From: Geotalea uraniireducens Rf4
Lineage (GTDB): Bacteria > Desulfobacterota > Desulfuromonadia > Geobacterales > Geobacteraceae
Assembly: GCF_000016745.1 (NCBI RefSeq)
Contig: NC_009483.1
Location: 4,710,001 to 4,742,000, forward strand
Direction: 5' to 3'
Length of the DNA stretch: 32,000 bases
Shown here: one piece after another, positions 1-10,167 of the stretch
How positions within the stretch are numbered: position 1 is the first letter of the stretch
Layout of the letters: every line of letters begins with the position of its first letter
Position numbers and translations under genes: made by a program
The notes under the pieces: generated by a model
The model's database searches: none
What the model was told of the DNA's origin: nothing
What the model saw: the letters and a program-made list of their open reading frames with translations, nothing else

Positions 1-469
1 CATCCCAACCGGAGATGATCTCTTTCCCTGAGTGGATGAAAGATTGGGCTGTCTTTGACTTCTGGAGATATCCCTTGATCTTTTCCGGAACCGGCTTTGT
101 CGTGCCGAAATACAATATCATGCAGAGGATAAAAGCCCCTTCCAGGAAGCCGAAGACAACGCCGCCAATGCGGTTTATCCCCCCAAGCAGCATGATCTTG
201 AAGATAGCGGTGAGCAGGTGTCCGAAAAAGTAGAAAAGCAGGCCGAGGATCAGGAAGATGAGGATAAACGACAGGACCAGCGCCACATGTTGAGGAAGGT
301 GAATAAAAGGCCTGATAGCCTCTGCTAGATACGAATAATACTTAAAGGCAGCCCAGCCGCCCGTAACAAGGCCGAGGAGAGAGCAAACCTCTCTCACCAA
401 ACCTTTCATGAAACCCTTTACCACAAAACCGAGCAGAAAGGCCCAGATAAGGATATCAAGAAGGATCAT
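1..469 (-). CDS. cvpA: CvpA family membrane protein (colicin V production protein-like); C-terminal end runs off the window
   Basis: My reverse-complement translation from the ATG at 467-469 gives MILLDILIWAFLLGFVVKGFMKGLVREVCSLLGLVTGGWAAFKYYSYLAEAIRPF... It stays open to position 1 (about 156 codons) and has a multi-TM hydrophobic pattern typical of CvpA. It is absent from the ORF track because there is no stop inside the window. Confidence 0.6.
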   Translation of the reverse strand, partial: MILLDILIWAFLLGFVVKGFMKGLVREVCSLLGLVTGGWAAFKYYSYLAEAIRPFIHLPQHVALVLSFILIFLILGLLFYFFGHLLTAIFKIMLLGGINRIGGVVFGFLEGAFILCMILYFGTTKPVPEKIKGYLQKSKTAQSFIHSGKEIISGWD

Positions 470-490
470 TCAAGCACCTGACATTAGCCA

Positions 491-527
491 TAAAGTAAAA
501 GTAGGGGCAATCACAAGAATCGCCCCC
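491..527 (-). terminator. Candidate intrinsic terminator after yqeY (REP-like hairpin plus U-rich tail)
   Basis: The minus-strand RNA reads GGGGCGAUUCUUGUGAUUGCCCC (8-bp stem including one G-U pair) followed by UACUUUUACUUU. It lies about 54 nt downstream of the yqeY stop. Confidence 0.4.
501..527 (+). repeat. GTAG-headed REP-like palindrome, copy a
   Basis: GTAGGGGCAATCACAAGAATCGCCCC. It shares the GTAGGGGC head and GCCCC foot with the copies at 6684, 6729 and 8076. Confidence 0.6.
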
Positions 528-580
528 ACCATTAAAAAGTCTGCTTATCCGGCCCAAGAAAATTGACCCGCGCCAAATTG

Positions 581-1024
581 CTAAGCGAGTTTCTCCTTGA
601 CCACTTCGCTGACCAGTTTGCCGTCTGCACGGCCGGCGACGCCGGGCTGCAGAGCTTTCATCACCCTGCCCATGTCCTTACTACCCTGTGCGCCACATTC
701 GGCAATAGTCTTCATAACAAGTTCTTCAAGTTCTTCGCGGGTCAGTTGCTGCGGTAAAAAATCGAGCAGCAGCGCCAACTCCTTCTCTTCCTTATCCACC
801 AGGTCTTGTCGACTTGCTTCCCTAAAGAGCCGGATGGATTCCCTGCGCTGCTTGCACAGGGTGCTGATAATCTCGATGATTTCCCGATCATCCAGCTCAT
901 GCTTCAGATCGATTTCCCGGTTCTTCATCGACGAGCGAATCATGCGGATTACGGAAAGTTTCAGTTCGTCCTTACTCTTCATGGACGACTTAAGCTCATC
1001 ATTCAGCCTTTCACGTAACGACAT
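581..1024 (-). CDS. yqeY: GatB/YqeY domain-containing protein
   Basis: 147-aa ORF. MSLRERLNDELKSSMKSKDELKLSVIRMIRSSMKNREIDL... and the C-terminal MGRVMKALQPGVAGRADGKLVSEVVKEKL are typical of the YqeY family. It lies directly downstream of rpsU, as in many bacteria. Confidence 0.85.
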   Translation of the reverse strand: MSLRERLNDELKSSMKSKDELKLSVIRMIRSSMKNREIDLKHELDDREIIEIISTLCKQRRESIRLFREASRQDLVDKEEKELALLLDFLPQQLTREELEELVMKTIAECGAQGSKDMGRVMKALQPGVAGRADGKLVSEVVKEKLA

Positions 1025-1034
1025 AAATCCTCTT

Positions 1035-1232
1035 TTAATCTACCATCTTACGCTGTTTTTTTAAGGCTCTCTTGCGAGCAGCAATGGCCTTTTTCTTCTT
1101 CTTGATACTCGGTTTTTCGTAGTGCTCTCTTTTGCGGACCTCAGAAAGAATCCCCGCTTTTTCGCACTGTTTCTTGAACTTTTTCAACGCAAGCTCAAAC
1201 GGCTCAGCTTCTTTTACCTTTACTCCCGGCAT
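1035..1232 (-). CDS. rpsU: 30S ribosomal protein S21
   Basis: 65-aa basic [51 protein letters not shown]..., a classic S21 sequence. Confidence 0.95.
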   Translation of the reverse strand: MPGVKVKEAEPFELALKKFKKQCEKAGILSEVRKREHYEKPSIKKKKKAIAARKRALKKQRKMVD

Positions 1233-1314
1233 CCATATTCCCCTCCCTCCTGTATATAAATTTACTTATTTATAGATCAAGGTCAGGCCGGCAGACAATT
1301 TACAAGGAATAGGC

Positions 1315-1342
1315 ATAATAGCACCGACTAATATATTGTCAA
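1315..1342 (-). promoter_or_regulatory. Candidate sigma-70 promoter for rpsU-yqeY
   Basis: On the minus strand: TTGACA (1342-1337), a 16-nt spacer, then TATTAT (1320-1315), about 80 nt upstream of the rpsU ATG. Confidence 0.45.
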
Positions 1343-1368
1343 GAGAAATTTGTGTTTTTTCAACTATT

Positions 1369-1692
1369 TCACTTTTCCCGTGACTCTTTTTCAGCAATGC
1401 CGGAAATCCCGAAGCGACGACGCAGCTCAGCATAGACCTCGTCAGGAACGATATCGTAATAGCCAAGGAGAACCAGTGTATGAAAAAACAAATCAGCCGT
1501 CTCGTAGACAATCTCGTCCCGTGACCCGCCCTTGCCGGCAACCACCAATTCGGTCGCCTCCTCCCCGAGCTTCTTGAGGATCTTATCAATTCCCTTGGCC
1601 ATCAGGGAAGCGGTGTAAGACTGCTCCGACGGGTTGGCCTTCCGCTCCCGAATGACCTGATAAACGGCCTGAAGAATATCATCATTTTGCAT
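1369..1692 (-). CDS. hisE: Phosphoribosyl-ATP pyrophosphohydrolase (monofunctional HisE)
   Basis: MQNDDILQAVYQVIRERKANPSEQSYTASLMAKGIDKILKKLGEEATELVVAGKGG...ETADLFFHTLVLL is the MazG-like HisE signature. I chose the internal ATG at 1692 because the upstream part of the 121-aa ORF reads through a structured spacer. Confidence 0.85.
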   Translation of the reverse strand: MQNDDILQAVYQVIRERKANPSEQSYTASLMAKGIDKILKKLGEEATELVVAGKGGSRDEIVYETADLFFHTLVLLGYYDIVPDEVYAELRRRFGISGIAEKESREK

Positions 1693-1713
1693 AATCGCGT
1701 TCCTTTTTAAAAA

Positions 1714-1789
1714 GGCACGAGGATAAAGGTACAAGGTCCGAGGTTTTGAAATCCTCGTGCCCCTTTTTCCTCGTACCTCGTACCTCGAA
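1714..1789. repeat. Interleaved inverted repeats plus a (CCTCGTA)-type heptamer triplet in the hisF-hisE spacer
   Basis: Arm A GGCACGAGGAT (1714-1724) pairs with ATCCTCGTGCC (1751-1761). Arm B AGGTACAAGGTCCGAGG (1727-1743) pairs 15/17 with CCTCGTACCTCGTACCT (1769-1785). The order is A-B-A'-B'. CCTCGTA CCTCGTA CCTCGAA is a tandem heptamer. Confidence 0.6.
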
Positions 1790-1791
1790 CC

Positions 1792-2553
<762 letters not shown>

Positions 2554-2593
2554 AAAAACCTCTAGATAAGGTAGATTAGATAAACGACTTGCT

Positions 2594-3331
2594 TCAGCCC
2601 TGCCTGCATTTTTTTGTCAGCGCCACTGCCTCGGCCAGCTTGATGGCGCCGGTATATATGGCCTTGCCGGTTATCACACCAGTCACGCCGGCAGATTCCA
2701 CAGCCATGAGGTTCTCGATGTCTTTGAGCGAAGAGACCCCGCCTGAGGCGATGACCGGAATGCTGATCGCCTCGGCCAGCGCCCGGGTGGCATCGATATT
2801 CGGCCCCTGCATCATCCCGTCGCGGCTGATATCGGTATAGATGACCGCGGTTACGCCGTACCCCTCGAAAAGCCGTGCAAGATCCACAGCGTAGACGTCG
2901 GTCACCTCGGCCCACCCCTGTACCGCCACCAGCCCGTTTTTGGCGTCGATGCCGACCACGATCCGACCAGGAAAGAGCTTGCACGCCTCTTCCACGAGCT
3001 TCGGGTTGCGCTGCGCGGCCGTGCCGAGGATCACCCTGGAGAGGCCGAGGTCGAGATAAGCCTTGATGGTCTCGATATCGCGAATGCCGCCACCAAGCTG
3101 GGTTGGAATCCGCACTGCCTTGACGATCGCTTCGATGGCGCTTTTGTTCGCGGGCTTGCCGGCAAAGGCACCGTCCAGGTCGACGATATGGAGCAGCTCC
3201 CCCCCCTGCCTTTCCCATTCACGGGCCTGCTCGGCCGGGTTATCGCAGAAAACGGTGTCCTTGTCCATGAGCCCCTGCTCCAGGCGGACGCACTTTCCTT
3301 CTTTCAGGTCAATTGCCGGGATAACAATCAT
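2594..3331 (-). CDS. hisA: ProFAR isomerase HisA
   Basis: 245 aa. [20 protein letters not shown]...LHIVDLDGA...[11 protein letters not shown] is typical of HisA. Confidence 0.95.
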   Translation of the reverse strand: MIVIPAIDLKEGKCVRLEQGLMDKDTVFCDNPAEQAREWERQGGELLHIVDLDGAFAGKPANKSAIEAIVKAVRIPTQLGGGIRDIETIKAYLDLGLSRVILGTAAQRNPKLVEEACKLFPGRIVVGIDAKNGLVAVQGWAEVTDVYAVDLARLFEGYGVTAVIYTDISRDGMMQGPNIDATRALAEAISIPVIASGGVSSLKDIENLMAVESAGVTGVITGKAIYTGAIKLAEAVALTKKCRQG

Positions 3332-3352
3332 AACAATACCTTTTCAAACCTT

Positions 3353-3396
3353 CACCACAGAGACGTGCTTAAGCTGTTCTCCGTGTCTCCGTGGTG
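3353..3396 (-). other. Intercistronic 12-bp stem-loop between hisH and hisA
   Basis: The minus-strand RNA CACCACGGAGAC-(20 nt)-GUCUCUGUGGUG pairs perfectly if one G-U pair is allowed. On the + strand the same position would be an A-C mismatch, so the structure fits the transcribed strand. Confidence 0.5.
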
Positions 3397-3399
3397 GGT

Positions 3400-4029
3400 T
3401 TATGCCTTTAATTCCCCGAAATTCTTCAGGATCTTGAGCCCCTTTTCCTGGGATTTCTCCGGGTGGAACTGGGTGGCGACGATGTTGTCCTTCCAAATGG
3501 CGGCGCAGAACTCGATGCCGTAGCCGGTGGTGGCTGCCACGACCGATTCGTCGTCCGGCTTGACGTAGTAAGAATGGACAAAATAGACGTTGGTCCCGTC
3601 CTCGATCCCGGTGAACACCGGCGGCCGGCGGCGAATGGCGAGCTGGTTCCACCCCATGTGCGGCACCTTCAGCTCCTCGCCCCCCTCATTGAGCCCTTCA
3701 GGGAAACGAACCACCCGGCCGGGTATGATATCCAGCCCCTTGTGGATGCCGAATTCCTCACTCTCGGTGAAGAGCAGTTGCAGCCCGAGGCAGATGCCGA
3801 GAAACGGCCGCCCCTCCCGGATTACCTTGAGCAGCGGTTCCACGAACCCACCTTGTTCCAGGTTGCGCATGCAGTCAGGAAACGCCCCTACGCCGGGGAG
3901 CACGACCTTTTCCGCTTCCAGCACCACCGTGGGATCAGCGGTGACGACCGCGTCAAAACCGACCTTTTCGAAACCCTTCTGCACGGAGCGGAGGTTGCCC
4001 ATGCCGTAGTCAATAATAGCAATCATCAC
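3400..4029 (-). CDS. hisH: Imidazole glycerol phosphate synthase, glutamine amidotransferase subunit HisH
   Basis: 209 aa. MMIAIIDYGMGNLRSVQKGFEKVG...PFLGICLGLQLL (catalytic Cys)...ATQFHPEKS. Confidence 0.95.
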   Translation of the reverse strand: MMIAIIDYGMGNLRSVQKGFEKVGFDAVVTADPTVVLEAEKVVLPGVGAFPDCMRNLEQGGFVEPLLKVIREGRPFLGICLGLQLLFTESEEFGIHKGLDIIPGRVVRFPEGLNEGGEELKVPHMGWNQLAIRRRPPVFTGIEDGTNVYFVHSYYVKPDDESVVAATTGYGIEFCAAIWKDNIVATQFHPEKSQEKGLKILKNFGELKA

Positions 4030-4060
4030 TACACCTTTTTACCCTTTACTTTTCACGCTT

Positions 4061-4648
4061 TTACAGTTTGCCTTTGGTCGACATGACCCCGGCGATCCGT
4101 GGGTCCTGCTGGGTCGCCTGGTCGAGCGCCCGGGCCAGAGCCTTGAAGCACGCCTCCAGAATATGATGGACGTTGTCACCGTACATGACATTTATGTGGA
4201 GATTGGCCGCCAGGTTGTTGGTCAGGGCCTGAAAGAACTCACGGGCCAGTTCCACATCGAACTCGCCGATCTTCACCTTGGGCAACCGGACGTTGTAAAC
4301 CAGGTAGGGACGCCCCGACAGATCGACGGCCACGCTTGCCAGGGTCTCATCCATGGGGACGGTGGCCTGGCCGTAGCGGCGGATTCCCTGCTTGTCGCCT
4401 AGGGCCTGCTTCAGGGCCTCACCGAGGACGATGCCGATGTCCTCCACTGTGTGGTGGAAATCGATGTCGATGTCGCCCTTGGCCTCCACTTCCAGGTCAA
4501 ACAGGCCATGGCGGGCAAACAGGTTGAGCATGTGGTCGAGAAACGGCACAGAGGTGCAGACCCTCGCCTCCCCCGACCCGTCGATATTCAGGGAAAGCTT
4601 TATCTGGGTTTCCTTGGTGATGCGTTCGATGACGGCTTTTCTCGACAT
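4061..4648 (-). CDS. hisB: Imidazoleglycerol-phosphate dehydratase HisB
   Basis: 195 aa. [19 protein letters not shown]...[16 protein letters not shown]...[19 protein letters not shown]. Confidence 0.95.
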
Positions 4649-4663
4649 ATACGCCTCCTGAAA

Positions 4664-5953
4664 TTATTTCAATCGTATGCTGACCGACTTGCCGTGGGCT
4701 TCCAACCCTTCCAGTTCGGCGATCCGTACGATGTCTTTGCCCAGCCGATTGAGTCCACTTTCGCTGAAATAGACGATGGAGGATTTCTTGATGAAATCGT
4801 CCACCGACAAGGGAGAGAAGAATCGGGCGGTGCCGCCGGTCGGCAGGGTATGGTTGGGGCCGGCCAGGTAGTCTCCGGCCGCCTCGGGCGTGAAGTGGCC
4901 GAGAAAAATGGCGCCGGCATTGCGTATCTGCGGCAGAATGGCAAACGGGTCTGTCACCGCCAGCTCCAGATGCTCCGGGGCGATCCGGTTGGAAAATGCA
5001 ATAGCCTCGGCAATGCTGCCGGCAACGATGACCGCACCGTAAGTATCCCACGATTTGCGGGCGATGCTCTCGCGCTTGAGCTTCCCGAGCTGAAGTTCAA
5101 CTTCCGCGGCCACCCGTTCACCGAAGGAGCGGCTCGTGGTGATGAGGATGGACGAGGCAAGTTCGTCGTGCTCGGCCTGGGAAAGGAGATCGGCGGCGAT
5201 GTGCGCCGGATTGCCGCTGCCGTCGTTGATGACGAGTATCTCGGAAGGACCGGCGATCATGTCAATGCCAACCTGGCCGAACACCAGCTTCTTGGCTGTG
5301 GCCACATAGATATTGCCCGGGCCGGTGATCTTGTCCACCCTCGGCACCATCGCCGTACCGTAAGCCAGCGCCGCAACGGCTTGGGCTCCGCCGATGCGAA
5401 AAACCCGATCCACGCCGGAGAGTCGTGCAGCCACAAGCACGTGATGATTTATCTCTCCCCCCGGGGTCGGGGCAACCATGACCACCTCGCCTACACCAGC
5501 CACCTTGGCCGGCACCGCGTTCATGATGACGCTCGAAGGATAACTGGCCTTACCGCCCGGAACATAAATACCGACCCGTTCGAGCGGCGTCACCATCTGG
5601 CCGAGCAGGACATCGCTTTCGTCGGTGGAAAGCCAGGTTTCCTGCTTCTGCTTTTCGTGGAAGCGGGCCACCCGCTCCACCGCCAGCTTGAGTGCCGAAA
5701 TGTCGGCATCCGCCACCCGGACAAAGGCCTCGTTGAACTCCGCCTCGGTCACTTCCAAATCGGCAACGGTATCGGCCTCCAGCCGGTCGAAGCGCCGTGT
5801 GTAGTCGAGCAGCGCTGCATCACCCTCCTTGCGAACGGCAGCAATGATGTCGAGAACAACCTGCTCGACCTCCTTGCCGGTCTCCTCGCCCCGTGCCAGG
5901 ATGGCGGCAAAGTTCGCCTCAAAGTTATTGTCGTGGATGTCGAGAAATTGCAT
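4664..5953 (-). CDS. hisD: Histidinol dehydrogenase HisD
   Basis: 429 aa. GIYVPGGKASYPSSVIMN..., LLSQAEHD and APEHLEL motifs. It lies 15 nt upstream of hisB. Confidence 0.95.
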   Translation of the reverse strand: MQFLDIHDNNFEANFAAILARGEETGKEVEQVVLDIIAAVRKEGDAALLDYTRRFDRLEADTVADLEVTEAEFNEAFVRVADADISALKLAVERVARFHEKQKQETWLSTDESDVLLGQMVTPLERVGIYVPGGKASYPSSVIMNAVPAKVAGVGEVVMVAPTPGGEINHHVLVAARLSGVDRVFRIGGAQAVAALAYGTAMVPRVDKITGPGNIYVATAKKLVFGQVGIDMIAGPSEILVINDGSGNPAHIAADLLSQAEHDELASSILITTSRSFGERVAAEVELQLGKLKRESIARKSWDTYGAVIVAGSIAEAIAFSNRIAPEHLELAVTDPFAILPQIRNAGAIFLGHFTPEAAGDYLAGPNHTLPTGGTARFFSPLSVDDFIKKSSIVYFSESGLNRLGKDIVRIAELEGLEAHGKSVSIRLK

Positions 5954-6032
5954 TGATTAACCCTTTAGTAGCTTGGCTCAGAGGACGCCGAGTGAAAGCT
6001 GGAATACCAGCGAACTCTGTGGCAAAGGATTT

Positions 6033-6671
6033 TTAGACGTGCTTTTCCAGTCCTTCGATTATCTCGGTGATCCGCTGATGCTTGGTCTTCAGACTCGCCC
6101 GGTTGACGATGAGGCGCGTGGTGATTTCAGCGATGGTTTCAACCTCCACCAGGCCGTTCTGCTTCAAGGTCTCACCTGTGGAGACAAGGTCAACGATTCG
6201 CTCCGACAGCCCCACCAGGGGCGCCAGCTCGATTGAGCCGTAGAGCTTGATGATCTCCACCTGCACACCCTTGCTGGTGAAGTACTTTTCCGTAAAATTG
6301 GGGTACTTGGTAGCAATGCGGATGTTGGTCCAGCCGGCCGGGTCATCGTCGCGGGAGAGTTCGGCAGGTTCGGCCACCATCATGCGGCAATAGCCGAATT
6401 TGAGGTCGAGCGGTTCGTAGACGTCCTTCTCCTGCTCGAGAAGGGTGTCCTTGCCGACGATCCCCAGATCGGCGCAGCCGTACTCCACATAGGTGGGGAC
6501 GTCAGTAGCGCGGACAATCATGTAACGCATCCGCTGCACTGGGTTTTCGAAGATGAGCTTCCGGGTATCGGAGAGGAGTTCCTCGCAATCGATGCCGATC
6601 TTTTTGAAGAGGGCCACGGAATCCTGCAGGATGCGCCCCTTGGGAATGGCAATGGTGATGTAATCAGTCAT
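6033..6671 (-). CDS. hisG: ATP phosphoribosyltransferase, short form (HisG-S)
   Basis: MTDYITIAIPKGRILQDSVALFKKIGI... About 212 aa, with no C-terminal regulatory domain. The ATG at 6671 was chosen because the 22 extra codons of the track ORF read through REP hairpins. Confidence 0.9.
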   Translation of the reverse strand: MTDYITIAIPKGRILQDSVALFKKIGIDCEELLSDTRKLIFENPVQRMRYMIVRATDVPTYVEYGCADLGIVGKDTLLEQEKDVYEPLDLKFGYCRMMVAEPAELSRDDDPAGWTNIRIATKYPNFTEKYFTSKGVQVEIIKLYGSIELAPLVGLSERIVDLVSTGETLKQNGLVEVETIAEITTRLIVNRASLKTKHQRITEIIEGLEKHV

Positions 6672-6683
6672 TAACGCCTCTAT

Positions 6684-6706
6684 GTAGGGGCGAACGGCGT
6701 TCGCCC
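6684..6706 (+). repeat. GTAG-headed REP-like palindrome, copy b
   Basis: GTAGGGGCGAACGGCGTTCGCCC, with stem GGGCGAAC/GTTCGCCC. Confidence 0.6.
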
Positions 6707-6728
6707 GATAACGGTTGATCTGCCGGCA

Positions 6729-6752
6729 AGGGCGCATGCCATGCGCCCCTAC
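6729..6752 (-). repeat. GTAG-headed REP-like palindrome, copy c (inverted relative to copy b)
   Basis: The + strand reads AGGGCGCATGCCATGCGCCCCTAC. The reverse complement starts GTAGGGGCGCATGGCATGCGCCC. Confidence 0.6.
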
Positions 6753-6757
6753 AACTT

Positions 6758-8011
6758 TTATTCCTGCACCCTTACGATATCTGCTCCCAGCCCCGCCAGC
6801 TTCTTCTCGATTGACTCGTATCCGCGATCCAGATGATAGATACGAGATACTTCGGTGGTGTTGTCAGCCGCCAATCCTGCCAGAATGAGGCATGCGGAGG
6901 CGCGTAGATCGGTCGCCATGACCGGGGCGCCGGAAAGCTTCTTCACCCCTTTGACCGTGGCGGTGTTCCCCTCGGTGGTAATGTCGGCGCCGAAGCGCAT
7001 CAGTTCCGAAACGTGCATGAAACGGTTCTCGAAAATGTTTTCGCTGATGACGCTGGCGCTGTCTGCCAGGCACATAAGCGCCATGAACTGGGCCTGCATG
7101 TCGGTGGGAAAGCCGGGATAGGGACGGGTCTTGATGTTGACACCCTTGATTTTCCTCGGCCCCTTGACCCGCACCACGTTGTCCTTGTTGATAATTTCAA
7201 CGCCTGCATCCTGGAGTTTGAAGACCAGTGCGTCCAGATGCTCAAGCTGCATGTTGCGGACCTTGATGTCGCCGCCAGTGATTGCCGCCGCGATCATGAA
7301 GGTACCGGCCTCGATCCGGTCCGGCATCACCCGGTGACTGACCGGTCCCAGCTCTTTAACGCCGCTAATGCGGATGGTATCGGTCCCGGCACCGTCGATC
7401 CGTGCCCCCATCTTGGTGAGGACGTTGGCCAGGTCAACGATCTCCGGTTCACGGGCGGCATTTTCCAGGATGGTCTCCCCTTTGGCGGTGGCGGCCGCCA
7501 TCATAAGGTGCTCGGTGCCGCCGACCGTGGAAACGTCGAAATTGATCCGCGCACCCTTGAGCTGCTTCGCTTTGGCCTCAACGTAGCCATGGGTAAGGTT
7601 TATGTCCGCCCCCATGGCCGCCAATCCTTTGAGGTGAAGGTTTATAGGACGGGCGCCGATGGCACAACCGCCCGGAAGAGACACCCGCGCCTTGCCGAAC
7701 CTGGCGAGGAGCGGGCCCAGAACCAACACCGAAGCACGCATGGTCTTGACCAGCTCGTAGGTGGCCTCGAAATTATCGACTCCGGTCGTGTCTATCTTGA
7801 CGATGTTGCCGTTGCCGTCGACCTTCGCTCCCAGCTGTTCCAGCACCTTGATCGTGGTGTTGATGTCGCGCAGGAACGGGACGTTGCTGATCTCATGCTC
7901 GGCCGGGGCAAGGATGGTGGAGATGAAAATGGGGAGGGAGGCGTTCTTCGAACCGCTCACCGTCACTTCACCGGCAAGCTTCTTCCCCCCTTTGATTATC
8001 AATTTATCCAA
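6758..8011 (-). CDS. murA: UDP-N-acetylglucosamine 1-carboxyvinyltransferase MurA
   Basis: 417 aa. [28 protein letters not shown]..., [15 protein letters not shown] (active-site Cys) and HLDRGYE. Confidence 0.95.
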   Translation of the reverse strand: MDKLIIKGGKKLAGEVTVSGSKNASLPIFISTILAPAEHEISNVPFLRDINTTIKVLEQLGAKVDGNGNIVKIDTTGVDNFEATYELVKTMRASVLVLGPLLARFGKARVSLPGGCAIGARPINLHLKGLAAMGADINLTHGYVEAKAKQLKGARINFDVSTVGGTEHLMMAAATAKGETILENAAREPEIVDLANVLTKMGARIDGAGTDTIRISGVKELGPVSHRVMPDRIEAGTFMIAAAITGGDIKVRNMQLEHLDALVFKLQDAGVEIINKDNVVRVKGPRKIKGVNIKTRPYPGFPTDMQAQFMALMCLADSASVISENIFENRFMHVSELMRFGADITTEGNTATVKGVKKLSGAPVMATDLRASACLILAGLAADNTTEVSRIYHLDRGYESIEKKLAGLGADIVRVQE

Positions 8012-8075
8012 TGTAATACACCTCTTTTACAATTTCATGCAGACGGGATTACCCCGCCCCTGGTTTTCCCGCAAT

Positions 8076-8098
8076 GGGCGCGACGACCGCGCCCCTAC
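8076..8098 (-). repeat. GTAG-headed REP-like palindrome, copy d; overlaps the prmC stop codon
   Basis: The + strand reads GGGCGCGACGACCGCGCCCCTAC. The reverse complement starts GTAGGGGCGCGGTCGTCGCGCCC. The prmC TAG stop (8095-8097) is part of the GTAG head. Confidence 0.6.
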
Positions 8099-8949
8099 AA
8101 AAGTCGCCCACCGACCACCCGTTCAATCCCATTCGGATCTTTTGCCGTGAACAATTCGCCAAAGCCGGTCTTATCCAACAGCCCCAGCACCGCTTCAGCC
8201 TGCCCTACCCCGACCTCGAACAGGAGCCACCCCCCGGGATTAAGATAGTCAGACGCAGCCGGGACAATAAGGCGATAGAAATCAAGCCCGTCCGCCCCTC
8301 CATCCAGGGCCTGGATCGGCTCGTAGTCCCGTACCTCCGGTTGCAGCGTCTTCAGGTCATCGGTCGGAATATAGGGGGGATTGGAAACGATCAGATCGAA
8401 CCGCTGGTCCTGAAACGGCTCGAACAGCGATCCTTCGAACAGGCTGACCGTGACGCCCTGTTTATCGGCATTTTTCTGCGCCAGGACCAGCGCCTGCGGA
8501 GAACTGTCCACGCCGAGAATCGTCGCCGTGGGAAGTGCCTTGGCCAGGGCAACACTGACACAGCCGCTCCCCACTCCGATATCGAGGATTCTGCAATGCT
8601 CACCGCATCGCGCCGCTGCTTCCGCCACGAGCACTTCCGTGTCATGGCGGGGAATGAGGACGGCCGGCGACACCTCGAACTCCAGCCCCATGAATTCCTG
8701 GGAGCCAAGTATGTACTGGAGCGGCTCACGTTTGCTCCGGCGGGTCACCATGCCACGATAGCCGGACAGTTCAGCCTCTGTCAACGGTTTGTCGAAATTG
8801 ACATAGAGTCCCACACGGTCGAGACCGAGTACTGCGCAGAGCATCCATTCCGACTCCAGACGGGCGTTTTCCACCCCCTTCTGCGCCAGAAACTCCTTGG
8901 TCCAGGTAAGGACCTTGAGGACAGTCCATGTTTCCTGCTGATTTGCCAT
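8095..8949 (-). CDS. prmC: Peptide chain release factor N5-glutamine methyltransferase PrmC
   Basis: 284 aa. SAM motif ILDIGVGSGC and catalytic NPPY (VSNPPYIP). It lies immediately downstream of prfA. Confidence 0.9.
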   Translation of the reverse strand: MANQQETWTVLKVLTWTKEFLAQKGVENARLESEWMLCAVLGLDRVGLYVNFDKPLTEAELSGYRGMVTRRSKREPLQYILGSQEFMGLEFEVSPAVLIPRHDTEVLVAEAAARCGEHCRILDIGVGSGCVSVALAKALPTATILGVDSSPQALVLAQKNADKQGVTVSLFEGSLFEPFQDQRFDLIVSNPPYIPTDDLKTLQPEVRDYEPIQALDGGADGLDFYRLIVPAASDYLNPGGWLLFEVGVGQAEAVLGLLDKTGFGELFTAKDPNGIERVVGGRLL

Positions 8950-9004
8950 AATGTATCAATGTCGGCTGAAGGCTGGCGGCGAATGACAGACTCTTAGCTC
9001 ACTG

Positions 9005-10072
9005 CTAAGCCGCTTCGCTCTGCTGCTTGAGCGCCTCCATCTGGTAGTAAACCCGAAGGGAGTCGGTAATCTCGCCGATATCACCAGCCATGATGGCATC
9101 GAGCCGGTAAAGGGTGAGGCCGATGCGATGGTCGGTCATCCTTCCCTGCGGAAAGTTGTAGGTGCGAATCCGCTCGCTACGGTCCCCGCTTCCCACCTGC
9201 TGCTTGCGGTCGGCTGCCAGCCTGGCACTCTGCTCCTGCATGATGGTGTCAAGGATGCGGGTCTTGAGGACCTTCATCGCCTTGGCGCGGTTCTTGATCT
9301 GGCTCCGCTCCTCTTGGCAGGCAACCACTGTGCCGGTGGGAAGATGGGTTATGCGCACCGCAGAGTCGGTTGTGTTGACATGCTGGCCGCCGGCGCCGCT
9401 GGAACGGTAAACGTCGATCTTCAGATCGGCAGGATTTATGTCAATGTCCACGTCCTCGGCCTCAGGCATAATGGCGACTGTACAGGCACTGGTATGGATA
9501 CGCCCCTGGGCCTCGGTTTCCGGCACCCTCTGGACACGGTGGGTCCCTGATTCATATTTGAGCTTGGCAAAAACGCCATCGCCTTCAACGGAGGCGACGA
9601 TCTCTTTGAAGCCACCCTTCTCCGACTCGGAGGCAGAGATGACCTCCACCCGCCAACGGTTCGATTCTGCATAGCGGCCATACATGCGGAAAAGGTCGCC
9701 GGCAAAGAGGGCCGCCTCGTCGCCGCCGGTGCCGGCGCGAATCTCCAGGATAACACTCTTGTTGTCGTTGGGATCCTTGGGGAGCAGGAGCAGCTTGATC
9801 TCGGCTTCCAGGGCCGCCTGCTGTTCTTCCAGCGCCTCCAGCTCCGCCTCGGCCATTTCCTTCATTTCCGGATCGGCAAGCAATTCCCGGTTTCCCGTAA
9901 TCTCAACTAGAACCTTCTTGTAGTTGCGGTAAGACTCCACCAACGCGGACAAGTCGGAATGCTCCCGTGACAGCTTGCGGAATTCCGGCTGATTGCCGAG
10001 TACTGCCGGATCGGCCAGAAGCGCTTCCAGTTCCTGGTATCGCCGTTCCAGTTCTTCAATTTTTTCAAACAT
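9005..10072 (-). CDS. prfA: Peptide chain release factor 1
   Basis: 355 aa. GGQ motif ([20 protein letters not shown]) and an RF1-type recognition region ([17 protein letters not shown]). Confidence 0.95.
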   Translation of the reverse strand: MFEKIEELERRYQELEALLADPAVLGNQPEFRKLSREHSDLSALVESYRNYKKVLVEITGNRELLADPEMKEMAEAELEALEEQQAALEAEIKLLLLPKDPNDNKSVILEIRAGTGGDEAALFAGDLFRMYGRYAESNRWRVEVISASESEKGGFKEIVASVEGDGVFAKLKYESGTHRVQRVPETEAQGRIHTSACTVAIMPEAEDVDIDINPADLKIDVYRSSGAGGQHVNTTDSAVRITHLPTGTVVACQEERSQIKNRAKAMKVLKTRILDTIMQEQSARLAADRKQQVGSGDRSERIRTYNFPQGRMTDHRIGLTLYRLDAIMAGDIGEITDSLRVYYQMEALKQQSEAA

Positions 10073-10167
10073 CTATCAACCTCAGAAATATTGCTTAAGA
10101 CAAACGACTAATGGAAAGAACCGGTTTTCCTTCAGGCATTGGCCTACTGACGTTAGCTTACAGCTTC

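Noticed and set aside
15-233. 72-aa ORF on the + strand at the window start.
   Set aside because: It is antisense to the cvpA-like reading frame, which is open across the whole region and has a convincing membrane-protein sequence.
4451-5956. 501-aa ORF on the + strand.
   Set aside because: It is entirely antisense to hisD, which has unmistakable histidinol dehydrogenase motifs. Long antisense ORFs are expected in GC-rich coding DNA. It has no recognisable motifs and is Arg/Gly-rich.
7013-8248. 411-aa ORF on the + strand.
   Set aside because: It is antisense to murA and runs through the REP copy and the prmC end. It has the compositional look of a shadow ORF.
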